Virus record (IMG/VR): IMGVR_UViG_3300032315_000486
Source: a virus
Taxonomy: Duplodnaviria; Heunggongvirae; Uroviricota; Caudoviricetes
Length of the DNA stretch: 64,000 nt
Reading direction: 5' to 3' (one strand)
A model generated the notes under the pieces. The model saw nothing but the letters and a program-made list of their open reading frames with translations. It did not search any database and was not told where the DNA came from. Both the position numbers and the translations under genes were made by a program. Shown here piece after piece: positions 9,172 through 17,171 of the stretch; the first letter of the stretch is position 1; every line of letters begins with the position of its first letter.

Positions 9172-9715
9172 TTATGAGCGTAAACCAAGGGATTTCTACC
9201 CAACCCCGTTGGCAGCAGTTAAACCACTGATCCCGCATCTTCCTGAAAGTTTTACTTTTTGTGAGCCGTGTGCGGGTGATGCTAGATTGATTTATCACAT
9301 TGAAACCCTACATGCAGATGCTAGTTGTATTACGGCATACGATATTGAGCCTCAAGCTGACGACGTTGAAGAGCTAGATGCGCTAGATTTAGATGAAACT
9401 CATGTTGAGCATTGTGATTTTATTATAACAAATCCACCATGGGAGCGCTCGAAAAAGAGCGGATACCTACTTCATGCCATGATTGAGCGGTTCAGTGATC
9501 TTAGACCTACCTGGTTACTTTTTGATGCTGACTGGATGCACACTGAGCAAAGTGCTGATCTTGTTAAGGATCGACTTGTTAAGATTGTTAGTATAGGTCG
9601 TGTGAAATGGATTGAAGATAGCGCTGGAACCGGTAAAGATAACTGCTGCTGGTACCTGTTCGACAAGCCAAATCAGAGTGGAACGGAGTTCCACGGGCGT
9701 TCAAAACAAAAATGA
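9149..9715 (+). CDS. putative N6-adenine (DNA or RNA) methyltransferase
   Basis: DFYPTP..., FCEPCAGDA (motif I-like), IITNPPWE (NPPW motif IV). Confidence 0.55.
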   Translation: MKLGKRSDYERKPRDFYPTPLAAVKPLIPHLPESFTFCEPCAGDARLIYHIETLHADASCITAYDIEPQADDVEELDALDLDETHVEHCDFIITNPPWERSKKSGYLLHAMIERFSDLRPTWLLFDADWMHTEQSADLVKDRLVKIVSIGRVKWIEDSAGTGKDNCCWYLFDKPNQSGTEFHGRSKQK

Positions 9716-9729
9716 TCTTGCGTCTCTCG

Positions 9730-9756
9730 TTGTTTCGTGTTATTGTTATATGTAAC
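9730..9756 (+). promoter_or_regulatory. conserved promoter-like motif TTGTTTCRTGTTATTGTnTATRTAAC (copy 1)
   Basis: ttgtttcgtgttattgttatatgtaac upstream of ORF 9765; near-identical copy at 24704-24729. Confidence 0.35.
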
Positions 9757-9764
9757 AAGGAGAG

Positions 9765-10067
9765 ATGAGCATGACCAAAAATCTTAATGATAACTTCCAA
9801 GGCCGTCTGGTAAGCCCAATGAAACTCGCAGAGGTTTACAGCGCAAACGAGTGGTTCCGAAATGGATACTTGAATGCTTTTAAAGAACAGCCGTATGAGT
9901 ATGATATTCCTTTGCAGTCTGCTGCAACGGCATATGAACGCGGTCGTGCTTTTGCTATCTGGTGTAAGGCTAACAAGATGCCTCGCGCTGTGTGGCGTAA
10001 CGGAGTTACTGCTAAGACTGTACGTGAACGCCTTGTATTAGCTATCTGCCAACGAGCAGTTATTTAA
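9765..10067 (+). CDS. hypothetical protein
   Basis: 100 aa; RBS aaggagag 8 nt upstream of ATG. Confidence 0.45.
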   Translation: MSMTKNLNDNFQGRLVSPMKLAEVYSANEWFRNGYLNAFKEQPYEYDIPLQSAATAYERGRAFAIWCKANKMPRAVWRNGVTAKTVRERLVLAICQRAVI

Positions 10068-10074
10068 AATTTCT

Positions 10075-10115
10075 TCTTGCTCTGCGCTTGAGAATCACTT
10101 ATAGTATAAGAATAG
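10075..10115 (+). promoter_or_regulatory. sigma70-like promoter with A/T UP-element (tttaaaatt-N-cttgctc-N17-tatagt)
   Basis: TTGCTC/17 nt/TATAGT; UP-like tttaaaatttcttc shared with promoters at 17130 and 21735. Confidence 0.5.
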
Positions 10116-10118
10116 AAA

Positions 10119-10280
10119 ATGGCACTCCTAGTTAAAGAACGAAAAGCTCTAGAACAGTTAGAACAAGCATTTGTTCGATACTATGAGCAAATTCTTCATT
10201 TAGATCTAGCGGTTGACCAATCAAAAACTGTAGAAGAACGGCTGTTATTTTTAGCAGTCGAACTAAATACAGTACAATGA
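10119..10280 (+). CDS. hypothetical small protein (53 aa)
   Basis: ORF below the 60-aa track threshold, directly downstream of the promoter; 3' end overlaps tRNA. Confidence 0.3.
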   Translation: MALLVKERKALEQLEQAFVRYYEQILHLDLAVDQSKTVEERLLFLAVELNTVQ

Positions 10281-10350
10281 TTATTGCGGGGTAGAGAAGC
10301 GGCATCTCGTTTGGCTCATAACCAAAAGATCGTGGGTTCGAGTCCCACCC
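10275..10350 (+). tRNA. tRNA-Met (anticodon CAT)-like, copy 2, irregular acceptor
   Basis: anticodon stem tttgg/ccaaa loop ctcataa; D gaga/tctc; T-arm gtgggttcgagtcccac perfect; acceptor pairing imperfect or 8-bp. Confidence 0.55.
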
Positions 10351-10433
10351 AACGCAACCAAAGTTAGGTGCTGCTACTTGAAATGCAGCTAAGTCACCTG
10401 AATACGAAGGTAGAGCCTAAATTAACTTTTCAC

Positions 10434-10462
10434 TTGCTAACAGCTTAGAAAAGAATTATAGT
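10434..10462 (+). promoter_or_regulatory. strong sigma70-like promoter P_A (TTGCTA-N17-TATAGT)
   Basis: cacTTGCTAacagcttagaaaagaatTATAGT; consensus-like, 17-nt spacer. Confidence 0.6.
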
Positions 10463-10479
10463 TAAGTATAAGTTGGATG

Positions 10480-10491
10480 AGTTCAGCAACT
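10480..10491 (+). promoter_or_regulatory. leader dyad AGTTcagcAACT (copy 1)
   Basis: palindromic motif ~18 nt after -10 of P_A; recurs at 10596, 12183, 25903, 27206. Confidence 0.35.
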
Positions 10492-10553
10492 TTCAAAAAA
10501 TTTCTTACCATGAATCAAGAAACTTTCAAGTTCATCCAGATTTAATTTTACAC

Positions 10554-10582
10554 TTGCTAAACGGTTATTTATAAGATACTAT
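10554..10582 (+). promoter_or_regulatory. strong sigma70-like promoter P_B (TTGCTA-N17-TACTAT)
   Basis: cacTTGCTAaacggttatttataagaTACTAT; tandem duplicate of P_A 120 bp downstream. Confidence 0.6.
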
Positions 10583-10589
10583 TAATTAT

Positions 10590-11234
10590 AGGATAAGTTC
10601 AGCAACTTACAGCTCGGTATAGCAACAAGTTTATCCTGAATATTTAAAGCCTGAAAACTACCGTGCGCGGAGTGAGTAGGCATCAGCTTCGGAGTGTGAT
10701 TACCGATATTAGTTTCGGTAATAGGCGGTGTGCCGTGAGGGGAAAACACTCTAACTAATTTCTCCGTCATCTAAGATGGTAAGACGTAGGATTCAGTTTT
10801 TACGAATGGGTGGTTACAGTCCACCCCGGAGATTTGTCCCTTCTCTCCTAGGATTAGGGAACCGCTTGTAGAGTCTACACGTGTACGGCAACACGTTATA
10901 GTTGTTTTTAGTTTAGTCAGCCGATTGATCATCGGCGTTCATATAAACCCTGAAAATGAACCTTGTGACAAACTTTTTCGAGTGACCTGGGATGAACTCC
11001 AGTCAACTACCAGAGTTATGGTGATAGTAACTTTCTGGATATAGGTAGCCTGCATACCTTAAAATAGGGCAGTATATCACCGTTCAGTTCAGAATCTGAC
11101 ACGACGAAACAGTGTCGCCGGATTAGTAACCGGCTCTCAATTTAAACCGTAAACAGGACACTTCAAGCTGTTTTACGTCTCAGACAAGGCAGGCACAATC
11201 ATCCAGAGCCTGTTTACGCTTTAAGTTGAGTATC
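10590..11234 (+). ncRNA. candidate ~650-nt structured non-coding transcript / long tRNA-precursor leader
   Basis: no ORF above ~30 aa on the plus strand; driven by tandem consensus promoters; several perfect hairpins (gggtggttacagtccaccc, gccgattgatcatcggc, gacacgacgaaacagtgtc); ends at tRNA-Gly pair. Confidence 0.35.
10596..10607 (+). promoter_or_regulatory. leader dyad AGTTcagcAACT (copy 2)
   Basis: same motif, same position relative to P_B. Confidence 0.35.
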
Positions 11235-11308
11235 GCGGGTATGGTGTAGTGGCTGCGCCTCAGCCTTCCAAGCTGATGAGACGAGTTCGATCCTCGTTAC
11301 CCGCTCCA
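11235..11308 (+). tRNA. tRNA-Gly (anticodon TCC)
   Basis: acceptor gcgggta/tacccgc perfect, anticodon stem tcagc/gctga loop cttccaa, T-arm acgagttcgatcctcgt, CCA. Confidence 0.8.
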
Positions 11309-11315
11309 AACTAGT

Positions 11316-11390
11316 GCGGATGTAGCTCAGTGGTAGAGCTTCTGCTTGCCAAGCAGAAGGTCGTGGGTTCGAACCCCATCGTCCGCTCCA
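11316..11390 (+). tRNA. tRNA-Gly (anticodon GCC)
   Basis: acceptor gcggatg/cgtccgc, D gctcagtggtagagc, anticodon stem tctgc/gcaga loop ttgccaa, T-arm gtgggttcgaaccccat, CCA. Confidence 0.8.
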
Positions 11391-11394
11391 AGAA

Positions 11395-11815
11395 TAGGAT
11401 AGATTAGAGTGATTGCCTAATGTATCGCTATCGTCATAGCCTTTACGACGTAAATGCGAAGGTCGCTTGTGCAGTGCGAGAATCCTGCATCCCACCAAGG
11501 GAGTGGAAATCCTTCGGCAGGTAGTTGGTAGGTTGGCCTGTTGCGACAACTACACATATGACTTATGTTAAAGTCTCGGAGCACACAAGAGTTCTAGAAT
11601 GATTGTCTAATCAGCAATCTCTTGTATTAGTCAGCTACCTGTTGCAGGTCGATTAAATGCTGGCATGAGAGTACAATACGTGCGGCTCTCATTCTAATTC
11701 CACCTAAACATTAGTGTTTAGCTGCAATTAGGATGGCTACAGCAATAAATCAAGCATTTATTTTTGGTATGAACAAGCAACAAACCCATCCTGTAATATT
11801 GACGGAGGAGACACA
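11395..11815 (+). ncRNA. second ORF-free structured segment (~400 nt) downstream of the tRNA-Gly pair
   Basis: no ORF; hairpins gtagttgg...caactac and tgagag...ctctca; function unknown. Confidence 0.25.
11731..11752 (+). repeat. direct repeat taggatggctacagcaataaat (left copy)
   Basis: 19/22 identical to 12045-12066; the two copies bracket ORF 11819-12046. Confidence 0.4.
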
Positions 11816-11818
11816 CAC

Positions 11819-12046
11819 ATGACAAAAAACGCCTTTGAGATCCGTTCAGATATTCTAGCACTAGCCAAGGATTACATGGACAAGCAGGCCCAGATTAACG
11901 TAGAGTTTACTAAAGCGCTAATCACCGCAGGCACTGCTAATATGCAGGAAATAGCAAAAGCAGTTCAGACCAGTTATTCAATGGACGAACTTCTTAAAAC
12001 AGCCGATAAAATGTATACATTTGTATCGAAGCGAGATAAAGAATAA
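11819..12046 (+). CDS. hypothetical protein (75 aa)
   Basis: ORF with ggaggag RBS; bracketed by 22-bp direct repeats. Confidence 0.4.
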   Translation: MTKNAFEIRSDILALAKDYMDKQAQINVEFTKALITAGTANMQEIAKAVQTSYSMDELLKTADKMYTFVSKRDKE

Positions 12047-12066
12047 TAGCTAATAGGTTGGCTACA
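12045..12066 (+). repeat. direct repeat taggttggctacagcaaaaagt (right copy)
   Basis: partner of 11731-11752. Confidence 0.4.
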
Positions 12067-12125
12067 GCAAAAAGTACATACTTTGTACGTTGCAGGTTCG
12101 AGCCCTGTTCCACGCTCTTTGCGTA
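12050..12125 (+). pseudogene. degenerate tRNA-like remnant (T-arm only recognisable)
   Basis: gcaggttcgagccctgt T-arm as in tRNA-Asn at 12497 but no acceptor pairing, no D-arm, no CCA. Confidence 0.35.
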
Positions 12126-12182
12126 GATAGATCAATTGGATAGATCAACAAACTAAAACCCAACCTGAATACCTATAGAATC

Positions 12183-12192
12183 AGTTCAGCAA
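12183..12192 (+). promoter_or_regulatory. leader dyad AGTTCAGCAA (copy 3, partial)
   Basis: cagttcagcaaaaaat immediately upstream of the degenerate tRNA at 12196. Confidence 0.25.
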
Positions 12193-12195
12193 AAA

Positions 12196-12270
12196 ATTTG
12201 TAAGCTCGCTGGTAGAGCATTTGACTTCTAATCAAACTGAGCCGTTCGATTCGGCACAAAACCCCTGATT
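12196..12270 (+). pseudogene. degenerate tRNA-Arg(TCT)-like element
   Basis: D-arm agctcgctggtagagca, anticodon stem tttga/tcaaa loop cttctaa, T-arm gccgttcgattcggc (4 bp), but acceptor stem does not pair and CCA absent. Confidence 0.35.
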
Positions 12271-12405
12271 CTGAAAAAATATAACTAACTGCATAGTGTT
12301 CAACAGCTCCTCACGCTTGTATCTCGTTATACAAGGTTTTAGGGGGTGAGACCTCGCTAAATAGCAGTCAGACCAGCAAAAGCGTGAGGTTGGTCAATAA
12401 TATAT

Positions 12406-12488
12406 GCGGGTGTGGCGTAATTGGTAGCCGCACTAGATTTAGGTTCTAGCGAGTAATCGTGGGGGTTCGAGTCCCTTCACCCGCACCA
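12406..12488 (+). tRNA. tRNA-Leu (anticodon TAG), type II
   Basis: acceptor gcgggtg/cacccgc perfect, anticodon stem ctaga/tctag loop tttaggt, long variable arm, T-loop ttcgagt, CCA. Confidence 0.8.
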
Positions 12489-12496
12489 AATATTGT

Positions 12497-12572
12497 TTCT
12501 AGTTAGCTCAGTTGGTAGAGCAGCTGACTGTTAATCAGCGGGTCGCAGGTTCGAGCCCTGCACTAGGAGCCA
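12497..12572 (+). tRNA. tRNA-Asn (anticodon GTT)
   Basis: acceptor ttctagt/actagga, D gctcagttggtagagc, anticodon stem gctga/tcagc loop ctgttaa, T-arm gcaggttcgagccctgc, CCA. Confidence 0.8.
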
Positions 12573-12731
12573 AATCTCTAATCTGTGAATTGTCTTGTGT
12601 CTTATTAGAAATAGAACCTACTCCGCGAACAGGTTCGATAAGGTATAGTGAGCGGCACGGCGCTGCATTCATTGCTTTTTCTAATGCGTGACGTACCCTA
12701 AGGAGTAATCCAATACTGCAGGGCCCAAAAT

Positions 12732-12989
12732 ATGCAGAAAATGAAGATGATGTTGTGGCATCTTGACAAGACAATTCTCACATTAGAGGTAATGATGAAT
12801 ATACGACAACAAGCTGATTATGTAATATGGTCTACTCTACAGGGGGACGATTATGCGGTCGCTCTACGGTTTGTAGATCACTGTCAAAAAATGTCAGCAA
12901 TGTATGGAACTCCTATTGAAGAACTTATGCAAATTGTAAATACAAAACTAGCTGCAAATGTTTCAAGAGGTCAATCAGTTGACACTTAA
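12732..12989 (+). CDS. hypothetical protein
   Basis: 85-aa ORF. Confidence 0.3.
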   Translation: MQKMKMMLWHLDKTILTLEVMMNIRQQADYVIWSTLQGDDYAVALRFVDHCQKMSAMYGTPIEELMQIVNTKLAANVSRGQSVDT

Positions 12990-13251
12990 TATTACTGTAG
13001 ATCAGCTAGTTGATTTAGCTAAGCAGGCAGAATATAAAAACCCTATAGATTGGGGCGAACTTCCAGTAGAGGAAGATACTATCTATACTGCTTTTGCTCA
13101 TGCAATGTATAACGCATATATTAGAACTGATCCGGCTACTCGTGACCTAGTATTGCTAGCCAGCCTAATTAAACTTCAAACAGAGAACTTTGCACTGGGT
13201 CAACACCAAAAAATATTGCTCAACTCTATTGCAGCACTACAAGATAAATAA
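12958..13251 (+). CDS. hypothetical protein
   Basis: 97-aa ORF, overlaps previous by 32 nt. Confidence 0.35.
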   Translation: MFQEVNQLTLNITVDQLVDLAKQAEYKNPIDWGELPVEEDTIYTAFAHAMYNAYIRTDPATRDLVLLASLIKLQTENFALGQHQKILLNSIAALQDK

Positions 13252-13252
13252 G

Positions 13253-13341
13253 GATAGGTGGCAGAGTCTGGCTTATTGCACCGGTCTTGAAAACCGACGT
13301 ACCGACAGGTACCGTGAGTTCAAATCTCACCCTATCCGCCA
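13253..13341 (+). tRNA. tRNA-Ser (anticodon TGA), type II
   Basis: acceptor ggatagg/cctatcc perfect, anticodon loop cttgaaa, long variable arm, T-loop ttcaaat, CCA. Confidence 0.75.
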
Positions 13342-13359
13342 ATATGCAAAGGATAATAT

Positions 13360-13920
13360 ATGTCAGAATTAAAAATGCTAATAAATACCCCTTCAGATAT
13401 AAATGAACATCTAGAGGTAATGCACTCCTACGCTAAGAAGTGCGATCATATTACTGAGATGGGTGTACGAGATATAATATCTGCCTGGGCATGGATAGAA
13501 GCACACCCTAGTAAATTAGCGATGTATGATTTTGCTGATCCTCCATCTGATAGGTTAGCTCAAATACAAAATTATGCTGCTGAACACGGCATTGAATTAA
13601 CCTTTACAAAAGCAGATGTTCTAGAAGTAGAAATAGAAGAAACAGATCTATTATTTATTGATACTGCGCATTACTACGATCAACTCAAAAAAGAATTTGA
13701 GCTTCATGCTCCTAAGACTAGAAAATATATTATACTTCACGACACCGAATTTTTTAAGTATTTTGGAGAAGACTCTAAAGGAAACAAATACGATAGCGCA
13801 GGTACTAGGTATCGCGGTCTAGGAGCTGCAGTAGATGAGTTTCTTAGTGAAAATACTAATTGGACTTTAAAAGAACATCGCCCCAATAATTGGGGGCTTT
13901 CTGTTCTAGAAAGAAAATAA
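13360..13920 (+). CDS. class I SAM-dependent methyltransferase-like (CmcI/O-MTase-like) protein
   Basis: ITEMGVRDIIS (motif I-like) and LLFIDTAHYYDQ...YIILHD resembling the ID..H....L...Y..V..G.Y..V.D pattern of CmcI-family MTases. Confidence 0.35.
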   Translation: MSELKMLINTPSDINEHLEVMHSYAKKCDHITEMGVRDIISAWAWIEAHPSKLAMYDFADPPSDRLAQIQNYAAEHGIELTFTKADVLEVEIEETDLLFIDTAHYYDQLKKEFELHAPKTRKYIILHDTEFFKYFGEDSKGNKYDSAGTRYRGLGAAVDEFLSENTNWTLKEHRPNNWGLSVLERK

Positions 13921-14111
13921 CTTATTGCCTAAATCTCCGGTATTTGGTCTAGGACGTAATTGGAAGCACCGCCCTCGTGGTAGTTCTTACGCTCCATCGG
14001 CTGCTAACGTAAATCTGCGAGGCAAGAAATATCGACGCATGGGTTGCGGATGTTGTTTCTGTCTAGATTTTAGAGAAGACGCTGCTCGTAAAGAGCACGT
14101 AAAAGAAATAC

Positions 14112-14202
14112 GGAGCGTTGGCCGAGAGGCTTAAGGCAGCGGTTTGCTAAACCGTCGTACCTGAATAGGGTACCACTGGTTCGAATCCAGTACGCTCCGC
14201 CA
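14112..14202 (+). tRNA. tRNA-Ser (anticodon GCT), type II
   Basis: acceptor ggagcgt/acgctcc perfect, anticodon stem gcggt/accgt loop ttgctaa, long variable arm, T-arm actggttcgaatccagt, CCA. Confidence 0.8.
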
Positions 14203-14210
14203 ATGAAATT

Positions 14211-14286
14211 GGCTTGTTAGTCGAGCGGTCAAGACGCCTGCCTGTCACGCAGGAAATCACGGGTTCGATCCCCGTACAAGTCGCCA
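14211..14286 (+). tRNA. tRNA-Asp (anticodon GTC)
   Basis: acceptor ggcttgt/acaagtc, anticodon stem cctgc/gcagg loop ctgtcac, T-arm cgggttcgatccccg, CCA. Confidence 0.8.
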
Positions 14287-14302
14287 TAAAAGGAAAACAC
14301 AC

Positions 14303-14581
14303 ATGTCACACATTGTATACTTCGGACAAGAAGAAGATAAAACCGACAGTTCATTAGACCGCTGGAATCAGTTGATCTATGATTTGCAAGGTACTTGCAT
14401 CGAGTTAAATTCTTTTCTTGAACGACATAATGCAGAAGACCTAATCGACCATATACCTTTTCTAGAGTATCTAGATAATCACATTTTTCTATGTGACAGT
14501 TGTGGTTGGTGGTGTGAGCTGTCAGAAATGTCTGATGAAGGCGTGTGCAGTGATTGCTGCTATAATGAATACGAAGAATAA
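14303..14581 (+). CDS. zinc-ribbon protein (Cys-rich C-terminus)
   Basis: CDSCGWWCELSEMSDEGVCSDCC; aaggaaaacacacATG RBS. Confidence 0.45.
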   Translation: MSHIVYFGQEEDKTDSSLDRWNQLIYDLQGTCIELNSFLERHNAEDLIDHIPFLEYLDNHIFLCDSCGWWCELSEMSDEGVCSDCCYNEYEE

Positions 14582-14582
14582 T

Positions 14583-14658
14583 GGTTCTATAGCACTACGG
14601 TAGTGCAGCCGTGCCCTAACACGGTCGGAAGCAGGTTCAATTCCTGTTAGGACCACCA
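14583..14658 (+). tRNA. tRNA with non-canonical anticodon arm (8-nt or 6-nt loop; candidate anticodon CCT or CTA)
   Basis: acceptor ggttcta/taggacc, D gcac-tacggta-gtgc, T-arm gcaggttcaattcctgt, CCA; anticodon region gccgtgccctaacacggt folds only as 5-bp stem + 8-nt loop or 6-bp stem + 6-nt loop. Confidence 0.55.
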
Positions 14659-14841
14659 TAATCACCCACCTCTCGGCGATGTGGCGCCAGAGCTAGGCAA
14701 GGGGACGGATATAGGCATAGATAAAACCGCTCCACCAAATAAACTATAACATCAGGAGATACACTTTGTAGATTACTAAACCACCTTAGCCTTGATTAAT
14801 GCTTAAAGATAACGTATTTTAACATAATCAAGGAGATAAAA

Positions 14842-15309
14842 ATGTCTGTAGAACTAAAAATTAAATCTAAACATCTTAGCGTAGAAGCTCAAATCATTCG
14901 TTTTGAAGAACAAAAGCTACTCAAACAGTATCAGTGGTCCCTAGACAAATACACTAAAGCAGGAAACAACGATATGTATCCTCGTTGGAAAGATACCGCT
15001 TTTATGAGTTATTGCTCACTGAACAATCACCGTCGTTGGGACGTTCGTAATGAAAACCGTGCAACATTTCTAGCACGAGCTTACATTTCTGGTGTGCCGT
15101 ACAATTCAGTTGAGAAAAAACGCAAACCAGAAAACGAGCTTAAGTTTAAAACTTATATCTTTCCTCGTGTAGTAGCAATGGCTGCTAAGTATGGTAAAAT
15201 AAAAGTACCGTTAAAGATTTATGACAGAACAAAAGGTGGTTACGTAGATAATCCTGCACTTGCTAGGATTGCTAAAGACGTAACTCAATGGATTGAGACT
15301 ACTGCGTAA
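14842..15309 (+). CDS. hypothetical protein (155 aa)
   Basis: ORF with aaggagataaaaATG RBS. Confidence 0.5.
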   Translation: MSVELKIKSKHLSVEAQIIRFEEQKLLKQYQWSLDKYTKAGNNDMYPRWKDTAFMSYCSLNNHRRWDVRNENRATFLARAYISGVPYNSVEKKRKPENELKFKTYIFPRVVAMAAKYGKIKVPLKIYDRTKGGYVDNPALARIAKDVTQWIETTA

Positions 15310-15735
15310 GCAGTAGCAATCAAAGCCCAGTAGAGCCAGCGTAGCAAATCTACTTAGGATGGATACTGCAACTAATAACGTGTAGCAATACACATTATCA
15401 TGAATGGGTTGGATAGTATCGTTGAGGTCCACAGACCATCCAGTAACTAAATTGTGGATAGTATGCGATATGAATCCAATCACTGCTTACGGTAGTTAGC
15501 TCTGGTAAACTAAGCGTAAGCATTTCGCTCTAGATACCTATGTATAGCAGTCGCAAGACGGGTCACTCAATTCTAGATGTTAGACTCAAAGTGTGAGAGT
15601 CATTTATTATAAACGGCATTTATATCTTTCAAGATGCGGTTGCTAGTTCCGTGCCATAACTAGCCTAACACTCTATACCCAAGCGCGTTTTAGCGCCAAA
15701 ATAGCGGTCTTAAAATAGAGTGTTCCAGATAGATT

Positions 15736-15810
15736 GCGGAATTAGCTCAGTGGTAGAGCGCCTCGTTTACACCGAGGATGTCGGGAGTTCGACCCTCTCA
15801 TTCCGCACCA
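15736..15810 (+). tRNA. tRNA-Val (anticodon TAC)
   Basis: acceptor gcggaat/attccgc perfect, D gctcagtggtagagc, anticodon stem cctcg/cgagg loop tttacac, T-loop ttcgacc, CCA. Confidence 0.8.
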
Positions 15811-15830
15811 AATAAATTAGGAGAAGTACA

Positions 15831-16016
15831 TTGGAATCCCACAAAAGATCAATCGTCAAGTCTATAACTTGGCGAGTCATTGCCACGCTAATTGCAGCCT
15901 GGTGGGTGGGATTTCAGGTAGCTATTATAATGAATATAGTCCAGACTGTAGCGTACTACATACACGAACGTGTGTGGGTGCGTATCAATTGGGGCATGAA
16001 TAAGGGCACTCAGTAA
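15831..16016 (+). CDS. small membrane protein
   Basis: 61 aa, hydrophobic (ITWRVIATLIAAWWVGFQVAIIMNIV). Confidence 0.35.
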   Translation: MESHKRSIVKSITWRVIATLIAAWWVGFQVAIIMNIVQTVAYYIHERVWVRINWGMNKGTQ

Positions 16017-16189
16017 AGAGTCAAGATTGACAGCGCCACAAATCACATAGTGTGCGGTGATAATAAAGACGTTAGTCTGCGGAGTGTGAATCTCCAAGTG
16101 TCTACCAATTATGTCGGTACTCTTCGCGCGAAGATTGAGCTAAGTTAATGTGATAATCTGAAGCCGACAGCAACTAATAGAATCATTAC

Positions 16190-16236
16190 AGCAACTAATA
16201 AAAATGACTGGTTCGATTCCAGTACTCCCCACCACT
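16190..16236 (+). pseudogene. tRNA 3'-half remnant (T-arm + acceptor strand + CCA only)
   Basis: actggttcgattccagt-actcccc-a-cca; no complementary 5' acceptor (ggggagt), D- or anticodon arm upstream. Confidence 0.35.
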
Positions 16237-16535
16237 GGTACATTGGCTGAGGTGCGTAGCTCTTCGGAGTAGAAATCAGCATAACAGTGTATCTTTGACG
16301 GGAAGTATGGCAAGGTGCCGCTAAGAGCAATCTTAGCTTCCCCAATGATTCTGACAATTTTGAGGTAGGGAAAGCGTGCTATGCTAGCTAGATAGTACGG
16401 CAGAGTAATTAACTGCAAACGGAGCATGGGCACCTAAGAGGGTTATTCCTCTTGGCAGATACCGCACCGGCCTCAACTTAATTAATCTTGCTTGATAGTG
16501 TTTGATCTGTTATCTTGTATAAAAGGAGATAAATC

Positions 16536-17135
16536 GTGATCCACGTTCAAGGCAAAATTCCTCGCACAGTGTATGTAGCGTTCAGCGGCGGAGTTGACAG
16601 TGTTGCTGTTGTAGATTTTCTACGCCGCAACCACACCGTAGTTCTAGCGCACATCAACCACGGAAATGAAATTTCCTCGGCGGAGCAGGCTTTTGTAGAG
16701 CAGTTTGCTGAGAATCGTCAACTCCCTTTGCTACTCAAGCAAGGCAACGCTGATAAGCCGGCCGATGAATCTTGGGAAGAACACTGGCGTAATGAGCGTT
16801 ACCGTTTCCTGCATACTATTAACGGCACAGTAATCACTTGCCATCACCTCGACGATTGTGTTGAGACTTGGTTGTGGAATATGTGTAACGGGCGTGACCA
16901 GACTATCGCCTATCGTAATGTTAATGTAATTCGTCCATTCCGTACCACAAGAAAATCTGAATTTGTTGACTGGTATCAACGCAAGCAGCTCGCGTGGTAT
17001 GAAGATCCTACCAATGCTAACCCACAATTCGCTGTTCGCAACTACATCCGTCACGTGATGGTTCCTGCTGCAATGAAGGTTAACCCCGGCATTCACACTA
17101 CAATTCGCAATAAGCTGTTGCAAGAAAAAATTTAA
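16536..17135 (+). CDS. tilS: tRNA(Ile)-lysidine synthetase-like PP-loop ATPase (short TilS-like)
   Basis: GTG start with aaaggagataaatc RBS; PP-loop VAFSGGVDSVAV; CHHLDDCVETWLWNMCNG....IRPF matches the TilS motif HLDDQAET..LRLLRG....IRPLL. Confidence 0.65.
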   Translation: MIHVQGKIPRTVYVAFSGGVDSVAVVDFLRRNHTVVLAHINHGNEISSAEQAFVEQFAENRQLPLLLKQGNADKPADESWEEHWRNERYRFLHTINGTVITCHHLDDCVETWLWNMCNGRDQTIAYRNVNVIRPFRTTRKSEFVDWYQRKQLAWYEDPTNANPQFAVRNYIRHVMVPAAMKVNPGIHTTIRNKLLQEKI

Positions 17136-17170
17136 AATTGTTCTTGCCTATCCGCTGAAAATAACCTATA
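17130..17170 (+). promoter_or_regulatory. sigma70-like promoter with UP element (tttaaaattgttcTTGCCT-N17-TATATT)
   Basis: same tttaaaattgttcttgcc module as at 21735. Confidence 0.5.
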
Positions 17171-17171
17171 T

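Noticed and set aside
11262-11280. Hammerhead-ribozyme-like CUGAUGAG box
   Set aside because: It lies inside a well-formed tRNA-Gly(TCC), spanning the anticodon/variable region. It has no matching GAAA/stem III partner. This is a coincidental match.
13925-14134. ORF 13925-14134 (69 aa, Arg/Cys-rich)
   Set aside because: It overlaps the 5' end of tRNA-Ser(GCT) and has biased composition from the structured tRNA region. It is probably not coding.
16190-16236. Phage attachment site or integrase target formed by the tRNA 3' half
   Set aside because: No integrase, recombinase or excisionase-like ORF exists anywhere in the window. It is treated as a tRNA remnant.
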